In this document: piece by piece, positions 26,228 to 36,572 of the stretch
Layout: each line of letters opens with the position of its first letter
How positions within the stretch are numbered: the stretch's first letter is position 1
Assembly (NCBI GenBank): GCA_017465625.1
Contig: JAFTVV010000007.1
Span: 5,935 to 69,934, forward strand
DNA: 64,000 nucleotides
Source: Oscillospiraceae bacterium
GTDB lineage: Bacteria > Bacillota > Clostridia > Oscillospirales > Oscillospiraceae
Direction of reading: 5' to 3'
Notes under the pieces: generated by a model
Databases searched by the model: none
What the model was told of the DNA's origin: nothing
The model's input: the letters and a program-made list of their open reading frames with translations, nothing else
Made by a program: the position numbers and the translations under genes

Positions 26228-27205
26228 ATGGCAATTACATTACAACAGGCAAAAATCGGTATGGCGGACAAGGTCGATCAGCAGATCGTGGATATGTTCC
26301 GCCGCAGCTCTCTGCTGCTGGACAATATGGTATTTGACAACGTCATCTCTCCCGGTACCGGCGGCAGCACCCTGACCTACGGCTACATTCAGCTGAAGAC
26401 CCCCTCTACCGCCAACGTGCGTACCATCAACGGAGAGTATACCCCCGGTGAGGCACTGCGGGAAAAGAAGACCACCGGTGCCATCATTATGGGCGGCTCT
26501 TTCCAGGTAGACCGTGTTCTGCAGAACACTTCCGGTGCGGCAGATGAACTGGCGTTCCAGGCAGAGCAGAAGATCAAGGCAACCTCCAATTATTTCCACA
26601 ATCTGGTGATTAACGGTACTTCTGCCGCTTCCGGTGCAGGCTTCGTGCCCAACACCTTTGACGGCCTGAAGAAGCTGCTCTCCGGTACGGAAAATGAGAT
26701 TACCGGTCAGATCAGCCTGACCACCTCTGAGGAGCTGGACAGCAATTATAACGCATTTTTGGACGAGATGGACAGCTTCCTGAGCTGTCTGGACGGCACA
26801 CCTTCTATGCTGCTGATGAACCGTCAAATGCTCATTAAGCTGCGCTCCATTGCCCGTCGTGCCGGCTACTACGAGCGCACCAAGGATGACTTTGGCCGTG
26901 TGGTGGAGACTTATGCAGGTATTCCTATGGTGGATATGGGCAAGTACTACGACGGCACGACCACCAAGGACGTGGTGGAAACCGACGCCAACGGCAAGAC
27001 CGCCATTTACGCCGTCTCCTTAGGCTTGGACGGCTTCCATGGCATCAGCCCTATGGGAAGCGGTGTGATTACCAGCTATATGCCCGACCTGTCTGCGCCC
27101 GGTGCGGTTAAGACCGGTGAGGTGGAACTGGTGGCAGGTGTTGCCCTGAAAAATACCCTGAAGGCCGCGGTATTGAAGGATATTGCCGTGGGTACGGCGC
27201 ACTAA
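26228..27205 (+). CDS. Major capsid protein
   Basis: Follows scaffold; 325 aa; GGSFQVDR, FDGLKK. Confidence 0.82.
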   Translation: MAITLQQAKIGMADKVDQQIVDMFRRSSLLLDNMVFDNVISPGTGGSTLTYGYIQLKTPSTANVRTINGEYTPGEALREKKTTGAIIMGGSFQVDRVLQNTSGAADELAFQAEQKIKATSNYFHNLVINGTSAASGAGFVPNTFDGLKKLLSGTENEITGQISLTTSEELDSNYNAFLDEMDSFLSCLDGTPSMLLMNRQMLIKLRSIARRAGYYERTKDDFGRVVETYAGIPMVDMGKYYDGTTTKDVVETDANGKTAIYAVSLGLDGFHGISPMGSGVITSYMPDLSAPGAVKTGEVELVAGVALKNTLKAAVLKDIAVGTAH

Positions 27206-27224
27206 GAAAGGCAGGCAGTGTCCG

Positions 27225-27557
27225 GTGGTAGACTTTGATTTTTACGCAAATACCTATTTGGGCAGTGCCATTCCCGAAAAAGCTTTTTCCCCTATGGCAT
27301 TGCGTGCAACCCAGGCACTGAACGGTTTTCGCAGAAGCTATCAGATTTTGCCCACAGACGGCATCTCCGAAAAAATGGCACTTTGCGCCATGGCGGAAGT
27401 GTTTTACGGTGCAAGCCGACAGCAAGCAGGTGTTACTGCCGCTACGGTTGGCAGTGTGTCCGTGCGCTATGGGGCGGATGCCTCCCGCAGTCTGCAGCGA
27501 AAACTGTTGGAGCAGGCGAAAATTTATTTGGATATTTATCGGGGGGCGCGCCGATGA
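27225..27557 (+). CDS. Head-tail adaptor
   Basis: VDFDFY..YLG, ATVGSVSVRY, IYRG; position after MCP. Confidence 0.7.
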   Translation: MVDFDFYANTYLGSAIPEKAFSPMALRATQALNGFRRSYQILPTDGISEKMALCAMAEVFYGASRQQAGVTAATVGSVSVRYGADASRSLQRKLLEQAKIYLDIYRGARR

Positions 27558-27901
27558 TCAATCCGCTAAGCTATAGCCTGTGCGATAAGGCGGTAACGGT
27601 TTATCGTATGGAAAATGGTGAAATTACCCGTAACGTACTGGAAAATGCCTTTTTTCAGTGGTCAAAAACGTTAAAAAATGAGGAATACGGGGATGCCTAT
27701 CAGGTGGAAGCACTGCTCATTGTCCCCTGTGGAGAGCTGTGTATTCAGCCGGGGGATCGGGTACTGGAAGGCGTTGGACCGGAGATCGCATCAGAGCAAT
27801 GGGACTGCTTTGTACCGGCACTGGTGCAAGGGCTTTATGAGCTGAAAACGGTAAAACCCTGTTATTGGCAAGGCACGCTTTGTCACGTGGAAGGCAGGTA
27901 A
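27554..27901 (+). CDS. Head-closure/neck protein
   Basis: Position; VTVY..GDRVLEG..HVE. Confidence 0.6.
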   Translation: MINPLSYSLCDKAVTVYRMENGEITRNVLENAFFQWSKTLKNEEYGDAYQVEALLIVPCGELCIQPGDRVLEGVGPEIASEQWDCFVPALVQGLYELKTVKPCYWQGTLCHVEGR

Positions 27902-27904
27902 AAA

Positions 27905-28345
27905 ATGGACATCTATGAAAAACTGATCAGCTGGCTGAAAACCTGCCCCCAGATCAAGGGGGCGGTTTATGTGGATTGCCTGCCGCCTGTACCCGGTGCC
28001 GTGGGACTTTTTCCCCTGGGAACAGAGCAGCTCCGTGTGGCGGAGGATGTGCTGGGCAATCGGCAGATCCAGCTTCGGACCCGTCTGATGCTTTGCACCC
28101 ATGAAGCAGTGTCCAAGCAGGTCCACGCCACCTTCATTGGCGCATTTTGCAGGTGGGTGCAGGAGCAGTGGGCGATGGGCAAAACCCCCACATTCGGTGA
28201 CCTGCCCAAAAGGGAACGGCTTTATGCCGAGCAGGAAAAAAAGCAAAAGACAGGTGCAGGCGGCATCAATCGCTACGGGGTGCGGCTGACCCTGGAATAC
28301 ACAAAGATTTACAATTTGGAAGGAGAAGAATATGGCAAAGATTGA
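27905..28345 (+). CDS. Tail terminator/neck protein
   Basis: Position before tail tube; C-terminal RY..RLTLEY. Confidence 0.55.
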   Translation: MDIYEKLISWLKTCPQIKGAVYVDCLPPVPGAVGLFPLGTEQLRVAEDVLGNRQIQLRTRLMLCTHEAVSKQVHATFIGAFCRWVQEQWAMGKTPTFGDLPKRERLYAEQEKKQKTGAGGINRYGVRLTLEYTKIYNLEGEEYGKD

Positions 28346-28814
28346 AAGAAAATATTTGGCCCATTACGTAGATACCTCTGCAGACAGAGAAAATCCCGTA
28401 TATGAACGGTTGGGCAAGGACTTGGAGGAATTCAGCGCGGAGCTTTCTGCCCAGGTGGACACCAAAAAGAACATTTTGGGTGAAACCGCTGTACTGATTT
28501 CCGGCTATGAAAAGACCGGCTCGGTAGAACCTTACTATGCCGAGGCCGGCACAGGCCTGTTTGAAAGATTGCAAAACATCATCGACAAGTCTCTGGTGAT
28601 GGATGATCTGAAAACAGCAGTGGTAGAGGTGAAGCTTTGGGAGGAACGGGACAACAGCACCTATCCTGCCACACTGGAGGAGGCCTTTATTGAGGTCAAG
28701 AGCTACGGCGGCGATACCTCCGGCTATCAGATTCCCTTTGTACTGCATTTCACAGGCAAGAAGGTTGCCGGTGTATTCGATTTGAATACACGTACCTTTA
28801 CCGCAGAGGAATAA
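28332..28814 (+). CDS. Major tail (tube) protein
   Basis: KIERKYLAHY..LGKDLEE..KNILGE..SYGGD. Confidence 0.75.
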   Translation: MAKIERKYLAHYVDTSADRENPVYERLGKDLEEFSAELSAQVDTKKNILGETAVLISGYEKTGSVEPYYAEAGTGLFERLQNIIDKSLVMDDLKTAVVEVKLWEERDNSTYPATLEEAFIEVKSYGGDTSGYQIPFVLHFTGKKVAGVFDLNTRTFTAEE

Positions 28815-28860
28815 GAATTTGGGGGCGCATTTGCGCCCCTTTTTAAAAAGGAGGAACAAT

Positions 28861-29268
28861 ATGGAAAAGCTACAGTTTGACAGTGGCGTAAAGTCCTACA
28901 AAATCGGTGCAGGTGTAATACGCTTTAACCCTGCCGATCCCAACGTCTTTGCCCGTTTTACTCAGGCGGCAGAGAAAATGCAGTCCGTGCAGGATCAGCT
29001 GCTGGAAAAAGCCCGGGACGGCAAGACCGATACGGTTCAGCTTTTGTGGGACGCCGATCAGCAAATGAAAAAAATGCTCAGTTGGGTGTTCGGGGAGGAC
29101 AATGACTTCGACCGCATTTTGGGCGGTATAAATCTGCTGGCGATGGCTTCCAACGGTCAAAGGGTCATCGGGAATCTGCTGGATGCGTTGCAGCCGGTGC
29201 TTTTAGATGGCGCACGGCAGTGTGCCGCTGAGAAAAAGGCAGAACGGGATGGCGCACAAAAGAAATGA
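28861..29268 (+). CDS. Tail assembly chaperone
   Basis: Between tube and Gp15-like gene; RFNPADPN. Confidence 0.65.
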   Translation: MEKLQFDSGVKSYKIGAGVIRFNPADPNVFARFTQAAEKMQSVQDQLLEKARDGKTDTVQLLWDADQQMKKMLSWVFGEDNDFDRILGGINLLAMASNGQRVIGNLLDALQPVLLDGARQCAAEKKAERDGAQKK

Positions 29269-29852
29269 TGAGCCCCTGGACGTTGCCGAAAACAGCGGTT
29301 TTTGGCGGCAAAAGCTATGACTTACACACAGATTTCAGGGAGATACTGGATATTTTTCGGTATTTTTCTGATCCTGATCTGCCGGATTGCTTCAAATGGC
29401 AAATTGCGTTGGCACTGTTTTATGAGCAGAAGATTCCTGTCCGGCAGGAGCAGGCGGCAATGGAATATCTGACTTTGTTTTTAAGCGGCGGCAGGCAGGC
29501 GCAGACAGACGGCGGTGCAAAGCTTTTAGACTGGGAGCAGGATGCGCCCCTGATTATTGCCGACGTCAATAAGGTCAGCGGATTGGAAATTCGGGCAGCA
29601 CCTTATATCCACTGGTGGACCTTCCTCAGCTGGTTTCACGCCATTGGAGAGGGACGGTTGAGCACGGTGATGGCCATTCGGGAAAAGCTTCTGAGGGGCG
29701 AAAAGCTGGAAAGCTGGGAAAAGCGGTTTTATGGGGAAAACCGCAGGATTGTAGACCTGCCCAAAGCGTATACCCGTCAGGAACGGGAGGAGCAGGCGCG
29801 TCTGCTGCAGCTTTTAAATCGTTCCTCTGCAGAAAGGAGTGATGCCCAATGA
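29265..29852 (+). CDS. A118 Gp15-like tail chaperone
   Basis: TDFR, DWEQDA..I, HWWTF. Confidence 0.78.
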   Translation: MMSPWTLPKTAVFGGKSYDLHTDFREILDIFRYFSDPDLPDCFKWQIALALFYEQKIPVRQEQAAMEYLTLFLSGGRQAQTDGGAKLLDWEQDAPLIIADVNKVSGLEIRAAPYIHWWTFLSWFHAIGEGRLSTVMAIREKLLRGEKLESWEKRFYGENRRIVDLPKAYTRQEREEQARLLQLLNRSSAERSDAQ

Positions 29853-31642
29853 CCGATTTGGAACTCATTACAGATGCCATTTCAGATTCGGATGATTTTT
29901 TTGATGTTTACGGTGCGATGCAGACTTTGATCAAACGGATGACGATTTATGCCCGTCAGCTTCGGGAAAAGCTGGAAGGGGAAGTGGCGTCGATGGTAAA
30001 AAAACTGCAGCACCGTTTAGAAGGGCTGAAAAAGGTGCTGGCAGATGTTTTTACTGTGGATTCGGCGGCGGATTACAACAGGGTGGCTGCAATGTTCTCC
30101 GGGGAACTGGCAGACCAGTTATACCGGGTGGAGCAGATGCTGCACGGTTTCCGCAGTGCGGTGGTGTATGCGGCGGCACCCATTGTGCAGGTGCTGGTAC
30201 CGGTGGTGCAGTTTGCGGTGCAGGCGCTGACCAATCTGGCACTTTGCATCGGCAGAGTGCTCAGAGCCCTGTTTTTCGGCAGTACCGGTGCAGACACCTT
30301 TACCACGGCTCTGCAGGGCACAGCGGCCGCCGGTACGGCACTCAGACGCACCCTGGCTGGCTTTGACCAGCTGACCCGTGTGGGGGGATCGTCCTCCGGC
30401 GGCGGATGGATTACGGATACGGATTTACCGGCACTCAGCGGTGCTTGGGAGAAGCTGGCACAGAAATTGGAAAAGCTGCTCAAACCCTTACGGGAACTGG
30501 ATTTTTCCAAGGCAACCGAATCCTTTAACAAGCTGAAGGAGGCCATCCAGCCCATTAAAAAGACCCTGTTTGAGGGACTGGAATGGGCGTGGAACAATCT
30601 GTTTATTCCGCTGGCGCAGTGGACGGCAGAGGAACTGCTGCCGGTATTTTTAGACACCTTAACAGTGGCGCTTGAAGCCCTTGCGCAGATTATTGAGGAA
30701 ATTAAACCCGTCCTGAGCTGGCTGTGGGAGGAATACTTACAGCCTTTGGCACACTGGGCAGGAGATCAGGTGATCGACTATTTTAAGGGCCTGCAGCAGG
30801 AGCTGAACGGAATGTCCGACTGGGTTTCCTCCAATCAAGGACCGATCGGGGAAATAGTCCGTTCCGTCAAATCCTTTTTGGCGGACCTGGGCATTATGGT
30901 GGACACCACAATGCAGTGGAATCTTTCCACAGAGCAGATGGGTGGCGCCCTGATGAACCTTGTGCGGATTATTGCAGGCGTGGATAGTCCGTTAGGCAGA
31001 CTGATTGGAAGCTTTCAGGGCATTACAAATACCCTGTTTGGCGTTCAAAATGCGTTTTCTCTGGTGGACAGCGCATCCGGGGGCACATGGAATGGACTGA
31101 AAAACATTTGGGGCAATGCCTGGGGCTGGCTGAAGGAGCATACAGCCGATCCCATGGCAAAAGGGCTCAAGGACGTGATCAATGCGTTTATTGCCATGTT
31201 AAACGGGGTTATGAGGGGCGGCGCAACGGCACTCAATGCGCTGACCTCCGGAATGAACAGCATCAAGTTCAGCATTCCAAGCTGGATTCCCGTACTGGGC
31301 GGTAAATCCTTCAGCTTGGGTCTGAAGACCATTACTGCACCGCAAATTCCTCTGCTGGCCAAGGGTGCGGTGCTTCCTGCCAACAAGCCGTTTATGGCGG
31401 TGGTTGGCGACCAAAAGCACGGCACCAACGTGGAAGCGCCCCTTTCGGTGATTCAGGAAGCGATGGCGCAAACCATGGCAGACTATACCGCAGGCAATAT
31501 GGCAGGTCATCAGGCCACGGTTTCGGTACTGCAGCAGCTGCTGCAGGCGGTGCTGGGGATTCATCTGACGGATGAGGACGTGGCCGCGGCGGTAAACCGC
31601 TATAACGGAAAAATGGCAGTGATGACAGGAGGGTACTTATGA
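29849..31642 (+). CDS. Tape measure protein (short, 597 aa)
   Basis: LAGFDQL, Trp-periodic amphipathic helices, IPLLAKGAV..VGDQ..EAPL. Confidence 0.8.
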   Translation: MTDLELITDAISDSDDFFDVYGAMQTLIKRMTIYARQLREKLEGEVASMVKKLQHRLEGLKKVLADVFTVDSAADYNRVAAMFSGELADQLYRVEQMLHGFRSAVVYAAAPIVQVLVPVVQFAVQALTNLALCIGRVLRALFFGSTGADTFTTALQGTAAAGTALRRTLAGFDQLTRVGGSSSGGGWITDTDLPALSGAWEKLAQKLEKLLKPLRELDFSKATESFNKLKEAIQPIKKTLFEGLEWAWNNLFIPLAQWTAEELLPVFLDTLTVALEALAQIIEEIKPVLSWLWEEYLQPLAHWAGDQVIDYFKGLQQELNGMSDWVSSNQGPIGEIVRSVKSFLADLGIMVDTTMQWNLSTEQMGGALMNLVRIIAGVDSPLGRLIGSFQGITNTLFGVQNAFSLVDSASGGTWNGLKNIWGNAWGWLKEHTADPMAKGLKDVINAFIAMLNGVMRGGATALNALTSGMNSIKFSIPSWIPVLGGKSFSLGLKTITAPQIPLLAKGAVLPANKPFMAVVGDQKHGTNVEAPLSVIQEAMAQTMADYTAGNMAGHQATVSVLQQLLQAVLGIHLTDEDVAAAVNRYNGKMAVMTGGYL

Positions 31643-32013
31643 GAGATACAACCGAGCTTTTTAAAATTAATAACGTGCCGATGCTTCTGCCGGATGAAGA
31701 GGTCACGGTCAGCTATGAGGATTTGGACAGCAGTGAGGCAGGACGGGATGAAAGCGGCGTGATGCACCGGATTCCTGTACGGTATAAGGTGGGTGCCTGG
31801 AACTTTTCCTACAGCCACCTGACAGAGGAAGAAAAGCAGTATATGGAGGGACTTTTTCCTATGGAGGCGACTTTTTTGTTTACCCATCCGGATCGGGTGG
31901 ATGCTCTAGTGGCGGTCACCACCAGAGCATACCGCAGTAAATATGCCATCAGCTGGAAGAATGCCCGTACCGGTCTGTGGAGCAATTACGGGTTTTCCGT
32001 GATTGAGTGTTAG
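31639..32013 (+). CDS. Distal tail protein-like
   Basis: Follows TMP; DLDS..GRDESGVMHR. Confidence 0.65.
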   Translation: MRDTTELFKINNVPMLLPDEEVTVSYEDLDSSEAGRDESGVMHRIPVRYKVGAWNFSYSHLTEEEKQYMEGLFPMEATFLFTHPDRVDALVAVTTRAYRSKYAISWKNARTGLWSNYGFSVIEC

Positions 32014-32024
32014 GAGGGAACAAG

Positions 32025-33701
32025 ATGTATAAAACCCTTGTGAAGCTGCCGGACGGACGTATGCTGTCTTCGGGAGACGTGGGTGAAGATGCCATTTTAA
32101 AATACACCCTGACGCAGGCAGTCAATGACGGTCCGGAGCTGAATCCCGGCTCAGTCTGCGCATCTGTACTGGAACTGACGGTGCTGGCAAAGACGCAAAA
32201 ATGCCCTGTTACCACGGGGGATCTGCTCACGGTTTACCGACAGGATGAGGTTGGCAGTACCCATCAGGTGGGCGTGTTTGTGGCGGAAAAGCCTACGCAA
32301 AAATCCCCGGTGCTTTACACCGTCACCGCCTATGACCGGGTGTGTCTGCTGGATCAGGAGCTGAGCCGCTGGTTGGAGGGTTTGCAGGACTGGCCCTACA
32401 GCTTGCAAACCTTTGCGAAAATGGTTTGCACTGTCTGCAATCTGGAATTGGAGGAACAGACCCTGCCCAACGGTGCGTATTCGGTGGAGAAATTCTCCTT
32501 ACAGAGCTGTACGGGGCGGCAGCTGATGCGCTGGATCGGTGCGCTTTGCGGTCGCTTTTGCGTTGCAACACCGGAAGGAAAACTGCGTTTTGGATGGTAT
32601 CAGCCGACGGACCGAAGGGTGGGTGCCGGTGGAGGGGTGCTGAAAACAGCCTATACAGACGGTGCGCTGTCTTTGTACATACAAGGACTGTCTGTTACCG
32701 CAGAGGAAAACGAATTAAGCATAGAAGGTCCTGTACAGCTCACCGTCAACGAGCAGGCAGAGGGCCTTTTGACGGAGGGACGGTGGCAGTACTACTATCA
32801 GGGAGGCTTTACCTGTGAGGATTATCGGGTGTGTCCCGTTGAGCGTGTACAGCTTAAAGCTACCTCCAAGGACGTGGGGACGGTTTATCCTGCGGATGGG
32901 GCGGAGGGAAACGCCTATGTGATTGAAAGCAACCCCCTTTTGCAGGCGCACAATGCCCAATCTCTGATCGGTTTGGCGCAGACCCTTTACGAACAGATGA
33001 AAACGGTGACCTATACACCGGGGCGGTTACAGCTGCCCGGTGACTGCTCCATTCAGGTGGGCGATATTCTGACGGTGATCGACGGGAAAGGACAGCATCA
33101 TACCTTTTACGTGATGAAACGCACCCAATCTGCCCGGGGGGATATACTGGAATGTACGGGAAGCCGCCGACGGGACAGCATTACCGCCGTCAATCACCAA
33201 AGCTATCAGGTGTTGGGTGGAAAGGTGCTGGAACTGCAGACTACAGTGGACGGTCTGCAGGCGGAAAATCGGGATCAGGCGGGAAAAAGTGCCGCTCTTT
33301 CGTTACAGGTTGAGGGCATTACCGCCGCGGTTTCCCGTCAGCAGACGGAACTGGGGGCGCTGAAAACACAAAACACCCAGTTGGAGCAGACAGCGGACAG
33401 CATCAAGCTGCAGATTCGTGCGATGCGTGACGAGGGTGTCGATCGGGTGCAGACCCAAACCGGCTTTACCTTCGATGAGCAGGGATTGACCATCAGTAAA
33501 AGCGGCACTCAGATGGAAAACCTCTTAAACGAAGAGGGAATGTATGTCCGCAGAAGCGGAGAGATCATTCTGCAGGCGGATAAAGAGGGCGTCACCGCAG
33601 TGGATGTGACCGTTGGGAACTATCTGGTGATCGGGGGACATTCACGGTTAGAGGATTATACGGATGCAGGGGTGAGCCGCACTGCCTGCTTTTGGATATA
33701 G
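32025..33701 (+). CDS. Tail/baseplate hub protein with C-terminal coiled coil
   Basis: GSVCAS, VTAYDR, IESNPLL, GDI; position. Confidence 0.7.
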   Translation: MYKTLVKLPDGRMLSSGDVGEDAILKYTLTQAVNDGPELNPGSVCASVLELTVLAKTQKCPVTTGDLLTVYRQDEVGSTHQVGVFVAEKPTQKSPVLYTVTAYDRVCLLDQELSRWLEGLQDWPYSLQTFAKMVCTVCNLELEEQTLPNGAYSVEKFSLQSCTGRQLMRWIGALCGRFCVATPEGKLRFGWYQPTDRRVGAGGGVLKTAYTDGALSLYIQGLSVTAEENELSIEGPVQLTVNEQAEGLLTEGRWQYYYQGGFTCEDYRVCPVERVQLKATSKDVGTVYPADGAEGNAYVIESNPLLQAHNAQSLIGLAQTLYEQMKTVTYTPGRLQLPGDCSIQVGDILTVIDGKGQHHTFYVMKRTQSARGDILECTGSRRRDSITAVNHQSYQVLGGKVLELQTTVDGLQAENRDQAGKSAALSLQVEGITAAVSRQQTELGALKTQNTQLEQTADSIKLQIRAMRDEGVDRVQTQTGFTFDEQGLTISKSGTQMENLLNEEGMYVRRSGEIILQADKEGVTAVDVTVGNYLVIGGHSRLEDYTDAGVSRTACFWI

Positions 33702-33710
33702 GAGGAACAA

Positions 33711-35402
33711 ATGGCAGTATATCAACATTTGACAGTCACACCGATTGCGCAGGATGTGCAGGAAAATTCGTCCTGTGTGCGGATTCTGTGGCAGTCCACC
33801 CAAACAGGGGGCAGCTACAACGAAACAGAACGCACCGCCTATTATCTGGTTTCGGTGAACGGACAGACACCTGTAAAGCAGGAGGTGTCCTATACACTGC
33901 CTATGGGCACAACGAAAACCATTGTGGATACCCAATGCACTGTGCCCCACGACAGCTTGGGAAATGCTACCGTAGAGGTGCAGACCTGGATGAACACCCA
34001 TATTTCAGCAGGCGTGGTGGAGCTTCGCCAGACTTTGGAGCTTCCCTCAATACCACGGGCCACCGCGCCTGTGGCAACCGACAGCGCCATTGAGGGTGTG
34101 TGTACGGTGACACTGCCGAAAAACAACACCGCTTACACCCACAGCCTTTTTTATACCTTTGGCAAACTCAGTGGGTATATCGGTGCGGACGGCAGCTGTG
34201 CAGAACAGGAGGCACGTTTTTCCGCAGAGCAGGTACAGTTTCCCGTTCCGGAAAGCTTTTACAGCGCAATTCCCAACTCAAAACAGGGACAATGTACCTT
34301 CCTGTGCAGAACCTACAATGCAGACGAACTGATCGGTGAGCGTACCTGTACCTGCATTTTTACCGCAGAGGAACAACGGTGCGCACCCGTGCTGAATGGC
34401 ACTGTACGGGATACGAACGAGACGACTTTGGCACTGACAGGCGATGAAAATACCCTGATTCGCTTCCACAGCAATGCCCTTTGCGGCTGTACAGCTACCG
34501 GACGTAACGGTGCGGCGATTACAAAACAGCAGGTAAACGGCCATACCCTCTCTCAGGGGCAATATGTGCTTTCGGCAGTGGAGGGGAGCAGCTTCCGATT
34601 TTCCGCTGTGGATAGCCGTGGATATGAGGCGCAGCAGACCGTGGAATGTACACTGATCCCCTATAGCCGCCTGACCAATAACGCCACTGTTTCCCGTCTT
34701 GGGGCGGCAAGCAGTCGGGCAAGGCTGACGGTACGGGGAGAGTGCTTCTGCGGAAGCTTTGGGCAGACAGAAAATACACTTTCTGTTTTTTACAGCATTG
34801 CCGGCGGACCGCTGCAGCAGGCTCAGCCGGTGATGGAAAACGGACGGTATTATTTGGAACTGATGCTGAGTGATCTGGATTACGAGAGCAGTTTTCTAAT
34901 TGAAGTGACCGTTGCCGACTGCCTGGAACGGGCGGTAAAAACCCTGACATTGGGCAAGGGCGTGCCGGTATTTGACTGGTCGGAGGGGGATTTTGCCTTC
35001 CACGTGCCGGTGATGTTGGATTCGCCCCTGAATATCCGTGCAGGCGGTACAGGAGCATCCACCCCAAAAGAAGCACTGGAAAATCTGGGGATCAGTTTAT
35101 CTATGCTTGCAGGCGTGGAATACGAAACACCGGAACGGTGCGATGAAAAGACTGTCTATACCAAACGCATACACTTTGGTGCAATGCCCAATTGCGCAGT
35201 AGGGGAGCAGCCGCACAACGTGGCTGCTACGAAAATTCTGCGCTGCTGCGGCAGTGACAGCGCAGGCAGAACCATTCCCTATGGGGGCGTGCATACCCCA
35301 CGGGTAGATGTTTTTGCGGATACACAGAAGATTTATTTAGATACCCAGAGCGACTGCAGCGGTCAAACCGCCACGGTACAGCTCTGGTATTTAAAGGATT
35401 AG
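33711..35402 (+). CDS. Siphovirus minor structural/tail fibre protein (DUF859-like)
   Basis: IPRAT, YTHSL.Y.FG, AVDSRG, GGTGA..EA..NLG. Confidence 0.65.
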   Translation: MAVYQHLTVTPIAQDVQENSSCVRILWQSTQTGGSYNETERTAYYLVSVNGQTPVKQEVSYTLPMGTTKTIVDTQCTVPHDSLGNATVEVQTWMNTHISAGVVELRQTLELPSIPRATAPVATDSAIEGVCTVTLPKNNTAYTHSLFYTFGKLSGYIGADGSCAEQEARFSAEQVQFPVPESFYSAIPNSKQGQCTFLCRTYNADELIGERTCTCIFTAEEQRCAPVLNGTVRDTNETTLALTGDENTLIRFHSNALCGCTATGRNGAAITKQQVNGHTLSQGQYVLSAVEGSSFRFSAVDSRGYEAQQTVECTLIPYSRLTNNATVSRLGAASSRARLTVRGECFCGSFGQTENTLSVFYSIAGGPLQQAQPVMENGRYYLELMLSDLDYESSFLIEVTVADCLERAVKTLTLGKGVPVFDWSEGDFAFHVPVMLDSPLNIRAGGTGASTPKEALENLGISLSMLAGVEYETPERCDEKTVYTKRIHFGAMPNCAVGEQPHNVAATKILRCCGSDSAGRTIPYGGVHTPRVDVFADTQKIYLDTQSDCSGQTATVQLWYLKD

Positions 35403-35410
35403 GAGCGTAT

Positions 35411-35557
35411 ATGAAAATAGAAACATTAACAGTCAACGGGGTGCGCTATACCATCAGCGACCCGGAAGCGATCAAGCTTACCGATGAAAAGACCATACAA
35501 AAGCTGGCGGATGCGGTGTTTGCCACACTGTCAGACGGGGATGAGGTGGCATACTGA
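35411..35557 (+). CDS. Small 48-aa phage tail-associated protein (not in ORF track)
   Basis: AGGAG RBS; MKIETLTVNGVRYTISDPEA..GDEVAY*, stop overlaps next ATG. Confidence 0.55.
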   Translation: MKIETLTVNGVRYTISDPEAIKLTDEKTIQKLADAVFATLSDGDEVAY

Positions 35558-36516
35558 TGGCAAAGGTGGTAACCGACAGTATCTATTATCAGACAATTGC
35601 CGAGCTTTTGCGTGCAGAGGCATATTCGGAGGAGCTGACCCAAAAACGGTATAAACCCAGCGAAATGGCAGGCGGTGTTACCAGAGTTGCAGATGAAAAT
35701 CGGGAAAGCGGTATGAAAATGGGTGAAACCATAGGGGAAAACCGCGTGCTCAATGCCATCAAAAGATGCTTTGAAGACCGCAATTATGCGCCTCCGGATG
35801 CGGTAGTAGATGCCTATTCCCTCACCAATGGCGCGATGCTCAGAGAGTATTACAAGGGCAGAAGAGAGGGCAAACAGGAGGAATACGACCGCTTTTGGGA
35901 TAGCTATCAGCAAAACGGTCAACGTACGGATTATTATTATGCCTTTCGCAATCCGTCAGTAGAACAGCAGGTATGGACTGCGGATAATTTTGAACCCAAA
36001 TATAGTATGAGCCCCACAAATTTGCAACAGGCCTTTGGACTTTGGACAGACGGCAAGGTGGATTTTGGCGCATTATTTACGGATCGGGGACTGGAGTTTG
36101 ATACATCCAATTGCGTCAATTTTTATCAGACCTGGTATGATTCGATTGGCATTGTCCGGATGCCCGTTATTGATACGTCGAAGGCGACCAATATTTCCCG
36201 TGCCTTTACAATGAGAAATTTAGTAACCTTCGACAAATTTATACCGCCCAAGACCAAAGTACAGAATGGCATCAATACTGCATTTAACGGCTGCTATGCG
36301 CTGGAAAACATTGTTGTGGAGGGGGATATCCTGCAGGACATCAACTTTTCGTATTCGTCAAAGCTGACCCACGACAGCCTGATGTCAATTCTTGGGGCAC
36401 TGGTGAATAATACGGAGGGCACGACCCTGACCTGCACGTTGGGCGCGACCAATCTTGCAAAGCTTACAGATGAGGAAAAGGCGATTGCCACACAAAAGGG
36501 CTGGACCTTGGCGTGA
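35557..36516 (+). CDS. Putative receptor-binding/fibre-associated protein
   Basis: YKPSEMA N-terminal motif, DTS..N..F repeats, C-terminal LT..EKAIAT.KGWTL. Confidence 0.55.
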   Translation: MAKVVTDSIYYQTIAELLRAEAYSEELTQKRYKPSEMAGGVTRVADENRESGMKMGETIGENRVLNAIKRCFEDRNYAPPDAVVDAYSLTNGAMLREYYKGRREGKQEEYDRFWDSYQQNGQRTDYYYAFRNPSVEQQVWTADNFEPKYSMSPTNLQQAFGLWTDGKVDFGALFTDRGLEFDTSNCVNFYQTWYDSIGIVRMPVIDTSKATNISRAFTMRNLVTFDKFIPPKTKVQNGINTAFNGCYALENIVVEGDILQDINFSYSSKLTHDSLMSILGALVNNTEGTTLTCTLGATNLAKLTDEEKAIATQKGWTLA

Positions 36517-36572
36517 TGCAGGAAACCGTTCCGTTTTGAAAAACGAAAATAAAATGCAAGGAGGAGTACTTT

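Noticed and set aside
29240-29275. Programmed -1 frameshift between tail chaperones
   Set aside because: No clear XXXYYYZ slippery heptamer; the genes overlap by a normal ATGA coupling.
33711-36516. Diversity-generating retroelement acting on tail fibres
   Set aside because: No reverse transcriptase and no TR/VR repeat pair seen in the window.
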